A DNA stretch of 64,000 nucleotides, taken from the NCBI RefSeq assembly GCF_009914755.1, contig NC_060948.1; one strand, 5' to 3'. Positions 1 to 15,557 of this stretch are shown piece by piece. Made by a program: the position numbers and the translations under genes. Origin of the DNA: the human T2T-CHM13v2.0 reference genome, Homo sapiens. The notes beneath the pieces were generated by a model. The model had not been told where the DNA came from and searched no databases. It saw nothing but the letters and a program-made list of their open reading frames with translations. Within the stretch, counting starts at the first letter, position 1, and every line of letters begins with the position of its first letter.

Positions 1-1253
<1,253 letters not shown>

Positions 1254-2700
1254 GAAGAGAAGAATGTTTTAACTCTGTGAGAGGAATTCTCACATCTCCA
1301 AGATGTTTCACAGAAAACTTCTGTCTAGTTTTTATGTGAAGATAATTCCTTTTTCACCATATGCCTCAAAGCACTGACAAATATCCCTTTGCAGATTTTC
1401 AAGAACAGAATTTCCAATCTGCTAAATGAGGAGAAACGGTTACTTCTGTGAGATGAAGGCACACATCACAAAACAGTTTATCAGAAATATTCTGTCTAGT
1501 ATTTATGTAAAGATAATTCCTTTTTCAACATAGGACACAAAGCGCTAATAACCAGTTGGACATTCTACAAAATACTGTTCACAAACTGCTCATCAAAAGA
1601 AAGTTTCACCTCTGTGGGATGAATGCATATATAAAAAGATGTTTCTCAGAAAGCTTCTATATTGTTTTTATGTGAATGAGTTTCCCTTTTCACCATGGGC
1701 CTCAAAGTGCTCAAAAATATCCCTTTGCAGATCCTAAAAAAAAAACTGTTTCCAAACTGTTGAGTCAAAGAATGGTTCAACTCTGTGACACGAATGCACA
1801 CATCAAAAAGAAGTTTCTCGCAAACCTTTATACTTTTTATGTGAAGATGTTTCCTTTAACCATAGACCTCAAAATGCTCGCAAATATACCTTTGCAGAAT
1901 CCACAAAAAGACGGTTTCCCAACTGCTGAATCAAAAGAATTGTTGAACTCTGTGGGATGAATGCATACCTCACAAAGCAGTTGCTCAGAATTCTTTAGTC
2001 TAGTTTTTATGTGAAGATATTTTCTCTTTCACCATAGGCCTCAAAGTGCTCAGAAATATCCCTTTACAGATTCCACAAAAAGATGTTTCTAAACTGCTCA
2101 ATCAAAATAAAGTTTCAGTTCTGTGAGATGAATGCACACATCACCAAGAAGTTTCTCAGTAGGGTTCTATCTAGTTTTTATGTGAAGACAATTCCTTTTT
2201 CACCACAGGGCTCTATACACTCATAAATGTCCCTTAGCAGAATCTAATACAACAGAGTTTCCCAACTGATCAAAGAAAATCATTGATTACCTCTGTAAGA
2301 TGAGAGCAGACATCACAAAACAGTTTCTGAGAAACCTTCTTTATAGTTTTCTGTAAAGATACTTCTTTTTCTACATAGGCCTCAAAGTGCTCACAAATAT
2401 CCATTTGCAGATTCTGCAAATATACTGTTTCCAAAACTGCTGAATCAAAGGAGGTTCAACTATGTCAGATGAATGCACATATCACAAAGAAGTATCTCAG
2501 AAAATTTATTTACACTTTGTATGTGAAGATATTTCCTTTGTCAACATAAGCCTCAAAGTGCTGAAAAATAACCCTTTTCAGATTGTACAAGAACAGAGTT
2601 TCCAGACTGAACAGAGAAAATAAATGCTTACCTCTGTGAGATGAATACACACACCACAAGGCTGTTTTTAGGGAAAATGCTTTACAGTTCTTATGTGAAG
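1254..2700 (-). repeat. Highly diverged monomeric alpha satellite, most ancient-looking layer
   Basis: About 171-bp periodicity. Monomers carry AAATATCCCTTTGCAG, TTTTTCACCATAGG and GCTCACAAAT-type variants rather than TCCAAATATCCACTTGCAG. Strand is given relative to the conventional alphoid consensus; the right boundary is approximate. Confidence 0.85.
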
Positions 2701-5700
2701 ATATGTCCTTTTCCACCATAGGCCTCACAGCGTTCCAAACATCCACTTGTAGATTCTACAAAAAGAGTGTTTCAAAACTGCTCAATCAAAGAAAAGGTTC
2801 AAATCTGTGAGATGAATTCAAACAACACAAAGAAGTTTCTCAGAATGCTCCTAATTTTTATGTTATTTCCTTTTCCACCATAGGCATCAAAGGACTCCAA
2901 ATATCCACATACAGATACTATAAAAAGACAGTTTCCAAACTGCTCAATCAAAAGTGTGGTTCAACTCTCTGAGATGAATACACACATCACTAAGAGGTTT
3001 CTCAAAATGCTTCTGTCTAGTTTTTACATGAAGATAATTCCTTTTCCAACAAAGGCTTCGAATCACAACAAATATCCACTTACAGATTCTACAAAAAGAG
3101 TATTTCAAAACTGGTCAATCAAAAGAAAGTTTGAACTCGGTGAGATGAATGCACACATCACAAAGCAGTTTCTCAGAATGCTTCTGTCGAGATTTTATGT
3201 GAAGATATTTACTTTTCCACTAGAGTCCACAAAGCTCTCCAAATATCCAATTTCAGATTCTATAAAAAGAGTGTTTCAACACTGCTCAAAGAAAAGAAAG
3301 GTTCAACTTTGTGAGTTGAATGCACACAGCACAAAGACGTTTCTCAGATTGCTTCTGTCTAGTTTTTATGTGAAGATATTCCCTTTTCCACCATAGGCCC
3401 CAAAGCACACCAAATATCCACTTGCAGATTCTACAAAAAGTGTGTTTCCAAACTGCTCAATCAAAAGAAAGGTTCAACTCGGTGAGGTGAATGCCCACAT
3501 CACAAAGAAGTTCCTGAGAATGCTTCTGTCTACTTTCTATGTGAAGATATTTTCTTTTCCACTAGAGGCTGCCAAGCACTCCAAATATCCACTTGCAGAT
3601 ACTACAAAAAGAGTGTTTCAAAACTGCTCAATCAAAAGAAATGTTCAAATCTGTGAGGTAAATGCACACATCCCAAAGAAGTTTCTCAGAATGCTTCTAA
3701 TTTTTATGTAAAGATACTTCCTTTTCCACCATAGGCCTTAAAGCGCTCCAAATATCGATTTACAGATACTACAAAAAGACTATTTCCAAACTGCTCAGAC
3801 AAAGCAATTGTTCAACTCTGTGAGTTGAATGCACACATCACAAAGAAGTTTCTCAGAATGCTTCTGTCTAGTTTTTATGTGAAGATATTTCCTTTTCCAT
3901 TGTAGGCTGCTAATCGCTCCAAATATCCACTTGCAGAGTCTACAAAAAGAGTGTTTCAAAACTGCTGAATCAAAAGAAAGGTTCAACTCTGACAGTTCAA
4001 TGCACACATCACAAAGAAGTTTCTCAGAATGCTTCTCTGTAGTTTTTAGGTGAAGATATTTCCTTTTCCACCATAGGCCTCAAAGTGCTCCAAGTATCCA
4101 GTTGCAGATGCTACAAAAAGTCTGTTTTCAAACTGCCCAATTAATAGAAATGTTCAACTCTGTGAGTTGAATGCACACATCACAAATAATTTTCTCAGAA
4201 TGGTTCCGTATAGTTTCTAAGTGAAGATATTTCCTTTTCCACCTGAAGCCACAAAGCACTCCAAATATCCATTGAAGATTCTACAAAAAGTGTGTTTCAA
4301 AACTGCTCAATCCAAAGAAAGGTTTAACTCTGTGAGTTGAATGCCTGCATCACAAAGAAGTTTCTCAGAATGCTTCTGTCTAGGTTTTATGTGAAGATAT
4401 TACCTTTTCCACTTTAGGCAGCAAAGCTCTCCAAATATACACTTGAAGGTTCTACGAAGAGTGTTTCAAAACTGTTCAATGAAAAGAAAATGTTCAACTC
4501 AGTGACATGAATGCACACATCACAAAGAAGTTTCTTGGAATGCTTCTGTCTGGTTTTTGTGTGAGGATATTTTCTTTTCCACCATTGGCCACAAAGCGCT
4601 CCAAATATCCACATGCAGATACTACAGAAAGACTGTTTCCAAACTGCTCAATCAAAAGAGTGGTTCAACTCTCCCAGATGAATGCACACATCACAAAGAA
4701 GCTACTCAGAATGCTTCTGTCTAGTTTTTATGTGAAGATATTTCCTTTTCCAATATTGGCCTCTAAGCACTCCAAATATACATTTGTAGATGCTACAAAA
4801 AGAAAGTTTCAAAACTGCTTAATCAGAAGATTGCTTCAAATCTGTGAGTTGAATGCACACATCTCGAAGAAGTTTCTCAGAATGTTTCTCTCTAGTTTTT
4901 TTGTGAAGATATTTCCTCTTCCACCAGAGGCCGCAAAGCACTCCAAATATCCATTTGTGGATTCTACAAAAAGACTGTTTCCAAACTGCTCAGTGAAAAG
5001 TAAGTTTCAGCTCTGTAAGAAGAAGGCACACATCACAAAGAAATTTCTCTAAAAGTTTCTGTCTAGTTTTTATGTGAAATTATTTTCAGTTGCCCTAGAG
5101 GGCACAAAGGGCTCTAAAATATCCCTTTGCAGATTCTAGAAAACGACTGATTCAAAACTGTTCAATCTAAAGAAAGGTTCAACTCTGTAAGATGAATGCA
5201 CACATCACAAAGAAGTTTCTCAGAAAGTTTCTGTCTAGTTTTTATGTGAAGATATTTCCTATTGCCCCAGAGGCCTCAATGGGTTCACAAATATCCCTTT
5301 GCAGATTGTACAAAACGACAGGTTTCCAAACTGCTTAATCGAAAGAAAGGTTTACCTCTGTGATATGAATGCACACATCATAAACAAGTTTCTCAGAATG
5401 CTTCTGTCTAGTTTTAATGTGAGGATGTTTCCCTTTCCACTGTAGTCTGCAAAGCACTCGAAATATACACTTGTGGATTCTACAGAAGGACTGTTTCCAA
5501 ACTTCTCAATCAAAAGAAAGATTCAACTCTGTGAGATGAATGCGCAAATCACAAGAAGTTACTAAGAATGCTTCTGTCTAGTTTTAATGTGAAGTTATTT
5601 CCTTTTCCACTATAGGCCACAAATGGCTCCAAATATACACGTGCAGATTCCATAAAAAGAGGGTTTCCAAACTGCTCAATCAAAAGAAATGTTCAACTCT

Positions 5701-8700
5701 GTGAGATGAATGCAAAAATCACAGAGAAGTTTCTCAGAATGCTTCTTTCTAGGTTTTATGTGAAGATATATCCTTTTCCTCTACAGGTCCCAAAACAGTA
5801 CAAATATCCACTTGCAGATACTACAAGAAGAGTGTTTCAAAACTGCTCAATCAAAAGGAAGGTTCAACTCTGTGAAATGAATGCACACATAAAAAAGAAG
5901 TTCCTCAGAATACTTCTGTCAAGTTTTTATGTGAATATATTTCCTTTTTCAACATATGCCTCAAAGCACTCCAAATATCCATTTGCAGATATTACAGAAA
6001 GACTCTTTCCAAACTGCTCAATCAAAAGAAATGTTCAACTCTGTGAGATGAATGCACACATCAGAAGGAAGTTTCTCAGAATGTTTCTGTCTAGTTCTTA
6101 TCTGAAGATATTTCCTATTTCTCCAGAGGCCTCAATGGTGTGACAAATATCCCTCTACAGAGTCTACAAAACGACTGTTTCCAAACTGCCCAATCAATAC
6201 AAAGGTTCAAGTCTGTGAAATGAAGGCACACATAACAAGGAAGTTTCTCAGATTGCTTCTGTCTATTTTTTATGTGAAGATATTTCCTTTTCACTGTAGG
6301 TCTCAAAGCACTCCAAATATCCACTTGCAGATTCTACAAAAAGACTGATTCCAAACTGCCCAATCAAAAGAAAGTTTCAACTCTGTGAGATAAATGCACA
6401 GATCAAAAAGAAGTTTCTCAGAATACTTCTGTCTAATTTTTATGTGAAGATATTTCCTTTTCTGCCACAGGCCTCAAAGCTCTCAAAAATATCCACCTGC
6501 AGATATGACAAAAAGAGTGTTTCAAAACTGCTCAATCAAAAGAAAGTTTCAACTCTGTGAGTTGAATACACTCATCACAAATAAGTTTCTCAATGCTTCG
6601 GGCTAGTATGTATGTGAAGATATGTCCTTTTCCACCGTAAGCCTCAATCCGCTCCAAATATCCAATTGAAGGTACTACAAAAAGAGTGTTTCAAAACTGA
6701 TAAATCAAAGGAAAGGTTCAACTCTGTGAGTTGAATGCAGACATCACAAAGACGTATCTCAGATTGCTTCTGTATAGTTTTTATGTGAAGATATTTCCTT
6801 TTCCACCATGGGCCCCAAAGTGTTCCAAACATCCACATGCAGATTCTACAAAAAGAGTGTTTCAAAACTTCTCAATCAAAAGAAACGTTCAACTCTGTGA
6901 GATGAGTGCACACATCACAAAGAAGTTTCTCAGAATCCTTCAGTCTAATTTTTATGAGAAGATATTTCCTTTTCCAACATAGGCCTCAAAGTGCTCCAAA
7001 TATCCACTTACAGATTCTACAAAAAGAGTGCTTCAAAACTGCTCAATCAATAGAAAGGTTCAACTCCGTGGAAAGAACGCACACTTCAAAAAGAAATTTC
7101 TCAGGATGCTTCTGTCTAATTTTTATTTGAAGATATTTCCTTTTCCACCATAGGCCTCAAAGCAGTCCAAATATCCACCTGCAGATTCTACAAAAAGAGT
7201 GTTTCAAAACTGCTTAATTAAAAGAAAGGTTCAACTCTGTGAGATGAAGGAACACATCCCAAAGAAGTTTCTCAGAATGCTTCTATCTAGTTTTTATGTG
7301 AAGATATTTCCTTTTCCAGTAAAGGCCACAAATCACACAAAATATCCACTTGCAGACTGTACAAAAAGAGTGTTTCAACACTACTCAATTAAAAAAAAAG
7401 GTTCAAGTCTATGAGATGAATGCAGACATCACAAAGAAGATTCTCAGAATGCTGCTGTTTAGTTTTTATGTGAAGATATTTCCTTTTCCACCATAGGCAA
7501 CAAGGTGCTCCAAAAATACACTTGCAGATTCTACAAAAGGACGGTTTCAAAACTGCTCAATCAAAAGAAGAGTTCAACTCGGTGAGATGAAGGCCCACAT
7601 CAAAAAGAAGTTTCTCAGAATGCTTCTGTCAAGTTTTTATGTGAAGATGCTTCCTTTTCCACCATAGGCCTCAATGCGCTCAATCAAAAGAAACGTTCAA
7701 CTCTATGAGACGAATGCACACATGAGAAAGAAGTTTCTCAGAATGCATCTGTCTAGTTTCTGTGTGAAGATATTTCCGTTTCCACCATTGATGCCAAAGT
7801 GCTCCAAACATCCACTTGCAGATTCTACAAAAAGAGTGTTTCAAAAATGGTGAATCAAAAGAAATGTTCAACTCAGTGAGATTAACGCACACGTCAAAAA
7901 GAAGTTTCTCAGAATGCTTCTGTCAAGTTTTTATGTGAAGATATTTCCTTTTTCACCTAGGCCACATAGCACTCCAAATATCCACTTGTAGATTCTACAA
8001 AAAAAAAAAGTGTTTCAAAACAGCTCAATCAAAAGAAAGTTTCATCTCTGTGAGTTGAATGCAGACATAACAAACAAGATCCTCAGAATGCTTCTGTCTT
8101 GTTTTTATTTGAAAATATTTCCTTTTCCACAATAGTCTGCAAAGTGCTCCAAATATCCACTTGCACATTCGACAAAAGGAGTATTTCAAAACTGCTCAAT
8201 CAAAAGAAAGATTCAACACTTTGAGATGAATGCACACATAACAAAGTAGTTTCTCAGAATGCTTCTGTCTAGCTTTCATGTTAAGATATTTCCTTTTCGA
8301 CCATAGGCCTCAATGTGCTCAATCAAAAGAAAGATTCAACTCTGTGAGATGAATGCACACATGAGAAACAAGTTTCTCAGAATGCTTCTGTCTAGTTTCT
8401 ATGTGAAGATATTTCCGTTTCCACAATAGATGGCAAAGTGCTCCAAACATCCACTTGCAAACTACATAAAGACTGTTTCAAAAATGCTGAATCAAAGAAA
8501 TTTTCAACTCGGTGAGATGAATGCACACATAAAAAAGAAGTTTCTCAGAATGCTTCTGTCTAGTTTTTATGTGAAGATATTTCCTTTTCCACCTTAGGCC
8601 ACAAAGTGCTCCAAATATCCACTTGCAGATTCCACAAAAAGTGTGTTTCAAAACTGCTCAATAAAAAGAAATGTTCAACTCTGTGAGATGAATGCACACA

Positions 8701-10900
8701 TCACAGAGAAGTTTCTCAGAATTCTTCTGTGAATTTTTTATGTGTAGATAATTCTTTTCCACCATAAGCCTCAAAGCGCTCCATATATCCACTTGTAGAT
8801 TCCACAAAAAGAATGTTTCAAAACTGTCCAACTGAAAGAAAGGTTCAACTCTGTGAGATGAATGCACACATCACAAAGATGTATCTCAGAATGCTTCTAA
8901 TTTTTATGTGAAGATATTTCCTTTTCCACCACAGGACTCAAAGAACTCTAAATCTCCACTTCCAGATTCTACAAATACAGTGTTTCAGAACTGCTCAATG
9001 AAAAGAAAGGTTCAACTCTGCGAGATGAATGCACACATCACAGAGAAGTTTCTCAGAAATCTTCTGTGAAGTTTTTATGTGAAGATAATTCTTTTCCACG
9101 TGAAGATAATTCTTTTCCACATTAAGCCTCAAAGCACTCCATATATCCACTTGTAGATTCCACAATAAGAGTGTCTCAAAACTGTTCAATTAAAAGAAAG
9201 GTTCAACTCTGTGAGATGAATGCACACATCACAAAGAGGTTTCTCAGAATGCTTCTGCCTAGTTTTTAAGTGAAGATAGTTCCTTTTCCACCATAGACCA
9301 CAAAGTACTCCAAATACACACTTGCAGATTTCACAAAAGAGTTTTTCAAAAGTGCTCAATCAAAAGAAAGGTAGAACTCTGTGAGGTGAATGCACGCATC
9401 AGAAAGAGGTTTCTCAGAATGCATTTGTCAAGTTTTTATGTGAAGATATTTCCTTTTCCACCATAAGCCACAGAGCGCTCCAAATACCCATTTACATATT
9501 CCACTAAAAGAGTGTTTCCAAACTAATTAATCAAAAGAAAGGTTCAACTCTGTGACTTTAATGCACACATCATAAAGAAGTTTCTCAGAATGCTTCTGTG
9601 TAGTTTTTATATGAAGATATTTCTTTGTCCAACATAGGACCCAAAGTTCTCCAAATATCCACAGGAAGATTCTATACAAAGAGTGTTTCAAAACTCCTTA
9701 ATCAAAAGAAAGTTCAACTCATGTATGAGAAGAATGCATACATCATGAATTTTCTCAAAATGTTTCTGTCTAGTTTTTATGTGAAGATATTACCTTTTCC
9801 TCCATGGGACTCAAAATGCTCCAAATATCTACTTGCAAATTCTACCAAAAGAGTGTTACAAAACTGCTCAATCAAAAGAAAAGTTTAACTCTGTGAGATG
9901 AATGTATACATCACAAAGAAGTTTCTCAGAATGCTTCTGTTGTTGTGTGAAGATATTTCCTTTTTTACCATAGGCCGCAAGGCATCCCAAATGTCTACTG
10001 GCAGATTCTACAAAGAGAGTGTTTCAAAACTGCTCAATCAAAAGAAAGATTCAACTCTGTGAGATGAATGCACACATCACAAAGAAGTTTCTGATAATGC
10101 TTCTGTCTAGTTTTTATGTGAAGATATTTTCTTTTCCACCATAGGCCTCAAAGTGCTCCAAATATCCACTTACAGATTCTACAAAAAGAGTGTTTCCAAA
10201 CTGCTCAATAAAAAGAAAGGTTCAACTCTGTGTGATGAATGCACACATGACAAAGAAGTTTCCCGGAACGTTTCTGTCTAGTTTTTATAGGAAGGTATTG
10301 CCCTTTACACTATCGGCTGCAAATTGTGCCAAATATCCAATTGCAGACTATACAAAAACAGTGTTTCAAAACAGCTCAATCAAAAGAAATGTTCAACTCT
10401 TTGAGATGAATGCACACATCACAAAGAATTGTCTCTGCATGCTTTCGTTTGGTTTTTATGTGAAGATATTTCCTTTTCCACCATAGGCCTCAAACCCCTC
10501 CAAATATCCACTTACAGATTCTCCAAAAGAGGGTTTCCAAACTGCTCAATCAAAAGAAAGTTTCAACACTGTGAGATGAATGCACACATCACAAAGAAGT
10601 TTCTCAGAATGTTTCTGTCTACTTTTTATGTGAAGATATTTTCTTTTACACCATAGGCTGCAAATCGCTCCAAATATCCACTAGCAGACTCCAGACAAGT
10701 AGTGTTTGTAAACTGCTCAATTAAAGGAAAGTTTCACCTTTGTGTGATGAATGCACACATCACAAAGAAGTTTCTCAGAATCCTTCTGTCTAGTTTTTAT
10801 TTGAAGACATTTCATTTTCCGCCACAGGCCACAAAGCTCGCCAAGTATACACTTGCAGATTCTACAAAAAGAGTGTTTCAAAACTGCTCAATCAAAAGAA
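2701..10900 (-). repeat. Monomeric alpha satellite, CTGTCTAG layer
   Basis: Tandem 171-bp units, mostly AATGCTTCTGTCTAGTTTTTATGTGAAGATATTTCCTTTTCCACCATAGG. No long-range higher-order identity. Confidence 0.92.
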
Positions 10901-13900
10901 ACGTTCAACTCTGTGAGATGAATGCACACATCACAAAGAAGTTTTTGAGAGTGCCTCTGTGTAGTTTTAATGTGAAGATATTTCCTTGTCCATGATAGGC
11001 CTCAAAGGGCTCCAAATGTCCACTTGCAGATTCTACAAAAAGAGTGTTTCCAAACTGCTCAATCAAAAGAAAGATTCAATTCTGTGTGATGAATTTATTC
11101 ATCACCAAGTAGTTTCTGAGAATGCTTCTGTGTAGTTTTTATGTGAAGATATTTCCTTTTCCACAATAGGCCTCAAAGGGCTCCAAATATCCACTTGCAG
11201 ATTCTACAAAAAGAGTGTTTCCAAACTGCTCAATGAAAGAAAAGTTTCAATTCTGTAAGATGAATGCACACATCACAGAGAAGTTTCCCAGAATGCTTCT
11301 GTGTAGTTTTTATGGAAAGATATATCCTTTTCCACAATTGGCCACAAACAGTTCAAAATATCCACATGCAGATTCTACAAAAAAAAAAAGATTCAAAACT
11401 GCTCTATCAAAAGAGAGGTTCAATCGTTCGAGTTGCATACACACATCACAAAGAAGTTTCTCAGAATGCTTCTGTTTAGTTTTTATGTAAAGACATTCCC
11501 TTTTCCACCAAAGACCTCAAAGCTCTCCAAATATCCACTTGCAGATTCTCCAAAAAGAGTGTTTCAAAATTGCTCAATCAAAAGAAGGTTCAACTCTGTG
11601 AGATGAATGCACACATCACAAAGACGTTTCTCAGAATGCTTCTGTGTAGTTATTATGTGAAGATATTTCCTTTTCCACCATTGGCTGCAAATGGCTCCAA
11701 ATATCCACTTGCAGATTCTAAAAACAGAGTTTCAAAACTGCTCTAACGGAAGATAAGCTCAACTCTGTGGGTGGAATGCACACATCACAAAGAAGTTCCT
11801 GAGAAGGCTTCTGTGTAGTTTTTATGTGAAGATATTTCCTTCTCCACCATAGCCCTCAAAGTGCTCCAAATATCCACTTAGAGATTCTACAAAAAGTGTT
11901 TCAAAACTGCTAAATCAAAAGACAGGTTCAATTCTATGAGATGAATGCACACATCACAAAGAAGATTCTCAGAATGTTTCTGTGTAGATTTAGTGTGAAG
12001 ATATTTCCTTTTCAACATTAGGCCTTGAAGCCCTCCAAATATCCACTTGAAGATTCTACAAAAAGAGTGTTTCAAAACTGCTCATTCAAATGAAAGTTCC
12101 AAATCTGTGAGATGAATGCACACATCACAAAGAAGTTTCTTAGAATACTTCTGTGAAGTGTTTAGGTGAAGATATTTTCTTTTCCACCATAGGCCACACA
12201 GGGCTCCAAATATTCACCTGCCAAATCTACAAAAAGAGAGTTTCAAAAGTGCTGTGTCAAAAGATAGGTTCAACTCTGCCAGTTGAATGCACACATCACA
12301 AAGAAGTTTCTCAAAATGCTTCTTTGTAGTTTTTATTTTTATTTTTTGCAGATAGTTCCTTTTCCACCATAGACCACTAATGGCTCCAAATATCCACTTG
12401 CAGATTCTACAAAAGAGAGTTTCAAAACAGCTCTACCAAAGATATGTTCAACCCTGTGAGTTAAATGGATACATCACCAAGAAGTTTCTCTGATTGCTTC
12501 TTTGTGGTTTTTATGTGAAGATATTTCCTTTTCCACCATAGTTCTCAAAGCGCTCCAAATATCCACTTGCAGATCTTACAAAAAGAGTGTCTCAAAACTC
12601 CTCAATCAAAAGAAAGGTTCAACTCTGTGAGATGAATGCACACATCACAAAGAAGTTTCTCAGAATGCTCTTTGTAGTTTTCATGTGAAGATATTTCCTT
12701 TTCCACCGTAGGCCACAAAGGACTCCAAATATCCACTTGCAGATTCCACAGGAAGAGAGTTTCAAAGCTGCTCTATCAAAAGATAGGTAAAACTCTGTGA
12801 GTTGAATGCACACATCACCAAGAAGGTTCTGAGAAAGTTTTGTGTAGTTTTTAGTGAAGATATTTCCTTTTCCACCATAGGCCTCAAGGCACTCCAAATA
12901 TCCACTTGAAGATTCTACAAAAAGAGAGTTTCAAACCTGCTCAATCAAAAGAATGGTTCAACTCTGTGAGATGAATGAAGACATCATGAAGAAATTTCTC
13001 AGAGTGCTTCTGTGTAGTTTTTATGTGAAGATATTTCCTTTTCCACCATAGGCCACAAAGGGCTCTAAATATCCACTTGCAGATTTTAAAAAAAGAGAGT
13101 TTCAAAACTGCTCTGTCAAAAGAAAGGTTAAACTCTGTGATATGAATGCACACATCAAAAAGTAGTTTCTCAGTATGCTTCTGTGTAGTTTTTATGTGAA
13201 GATACTTTCTTTTCCACCGTAGTTCTCTAAGCATTCCAAATATCCACTTGCAGATTCTGTAAAAAGAGTGTTTCAAAACTGCTCAATCAAAACAAAGGTT
13301 CACCTCTGTGAGATGAAGGCACACATCACAAAGAAGTTTCTCAAAATGCTTCTGTGTAGTTTTTATGTGAAGATATTTCTTTTTCCACAATAGGCCTCGA
13401 AGTGTTACAAATATTCACTTGGAGATTCTACAAAAGCAGTGTTTCCAACTGTTAAATCAAAAGAAAATTTCAACTCTGTGAGATGAATGCACACATCACA
13501 AAGTAGTTTCTGAGACTGCTTCTGTGTAGTTTTTCTGTGAAGGCATTTCCTTTTCCATGATAGGCCTCAAGGCACATGTAGATTCTACAAAAAGAGTGTT
13601 TCAAAACTGCTCAATCTAATGAAAGTTTCAACTCTGTGAGATGAATGTCAACAACACAAAGACATTTCTCAGTATGCTTCTGTGTAGTTTTCATAGTAAG
13701 ATGTTTCCTTTCCCACCATCAGCCACAAAGGTCTCCTAATATCCACTTGCAGATTCTACCAAAAGGGAGATTCAAAACTGCTCAATCAAAAAAATCTCAA
13801 CGCTGTGAGATGAATGCATACATCACAAAGAAGTTTCTCAGAATGCTTCTGTTAATTTTTATGTGAAGGTATTTGTTTTTCCACCATAGGACTCAAAATG

Positions 13901-15557
13901 CTCCAAATACCCACTTGCATATTCTACAAAAAGAGTGTCTCGAAACTGCTCAAACAAAAGAAAGGTTCATCTCTGTGAGATGAATACGCACATCAGAAGA
14001 AGATTCTCAGAATGCTTCTGTGTGGCTTTTATGTGGAGATACCTCCTTTCCCACACTAGTCCTCAAAGCACTCCAAATATCCAACTGGAGATTCTACAAA
14101 AAGAGTGTTTCAAAACTGCTCGATAGAGAGAGAAGTTCAACTCTGTGAGATGAATGCACACAGTGCAATGTAGTTTCTCAGAATGTTTCTGTGTAGTTTT
14201 TATGTGAAGATATTTGTTTTCCACAATAGGCTTCAAAGCACTTCAAATATCCACTTGCAGATTCCATAAAAAGCGTGTTTCAAGTCTTCTCTCAATCAGA
14301 AGAAATATTCAAGTCTGTGAGATGAATGCACACATCCAAAGAAGTTTCTCAGAACGCTTCTGTGTAGTTTTTATGTGAAGATATTTTCTTTTCTACAATA
14401 GGCTTCAAAGTGCTCCAAATATCCACTGGCATAGTACACAAAAAGAGTGTTTCAAAATTGTTCAATCAAAAGAAAGTTTCAACTATGTGAGATGAACACA
14501 CAAATCACAAAGAAGTTTCTCAGAATGCTTCTGTGTAGTTACTATGTGAAGATATTTTCTTTTTCACCACAGGCCTCAAAGTGTTTCAAATATCCACTTG
14601 GAGATTCCACAAAAAGCGTTTTTCAAGTCTGCTCAATCAGAAGAAATATTCAAGTCTGTGACATTAATTCACACTCACAAAGAAGTTTCTCAGACTGCTT
14701 CTGTGTAGTTTTTATGTGAAGATATTTTCTTTTCCACCATAGGCCTCAAAGAGTTCCAAATACCCACTTGCATATTTTACAAAAAGAGTGTTTCAAAACT
14801 GCTCAAATGAAAGTCTCAACGCTGTCAGATGAATGTACACATCAGAAAGAAATTTATCAGAATGATTCTGTGTTGTTTTTATGTGACAATATTTCCTTTT
14901 CCACCTTAAGCTGCAAAGGGCTCTAAATACACACTTCCAGATTCTACAAAAAGAGAGTTTCAAAACTATCAAAAGTTAGTTTCAACTATGTGAATTGAAT
15001 GCACACATCACAAAGTTGTTTCTCAGAATGCTTCTCTGTAGTTTTTATGTGAAGATATTTCCTTTTCCAAAATAGGCTGCAAAGGGCTCCAATTATCCAC
15101 TTGCAGATTCTACAAAAAGAGAGTTCAACTCTGCTATATCAAAGTTATGTTCAACTCTGTGAGATGAACGCACACATCACAAAGGAGATTCTCAGAATGC
15201 TTCTGTGTAGTTCTTAGGTGAAGATATTTCCTTTTCCACCATAGGCCTCACAGCGCTCCAAATATCCACTTGCAGATTCTACAAAAAGGGATTTTCAAAA
15301 CTATTCAATCAAAAGAAAGGTTCAACTCTGTCAGTTGAATGCACATATCACAAACAAGTTTCTTGGAATGCTTCTGTGTAGTTTTTATATGAAGATACTT
15401 CCTTTTCCACCATAGGCCTCAAAGTCTTCCTAATATCCACTTGCAGATTCTACAAAAAGATTGTTTCAAAACTGCTCAATCAAACGTAAGTTTCAACTCT
15501 GTGAGATGAAAGCCCACATCACAAAGAAATTTCGCAGAATGCAACTGTGTAGTTTTT
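10901..15557 (-). repeat. Diverged alpha satellite, CTGTGTAG layer related to the HOR monomers
   Basis: Units switch to CTTCTGTGTAG. Monomers of the GAGAGTTTCAAAACTGCTCTATCAAAAGATAGG type appear, as in the HOR array. Confidence 0.9.

Noticed and set aside
12320-12350. T-rich interruption (TTTTTATTTTTATTTTTT) as a tiny retro-insertion at the same site used by the L1s
   Set aside because: It is only about 10 extra bases with no element body or clear target-site duplication; slippage explains it equally well.
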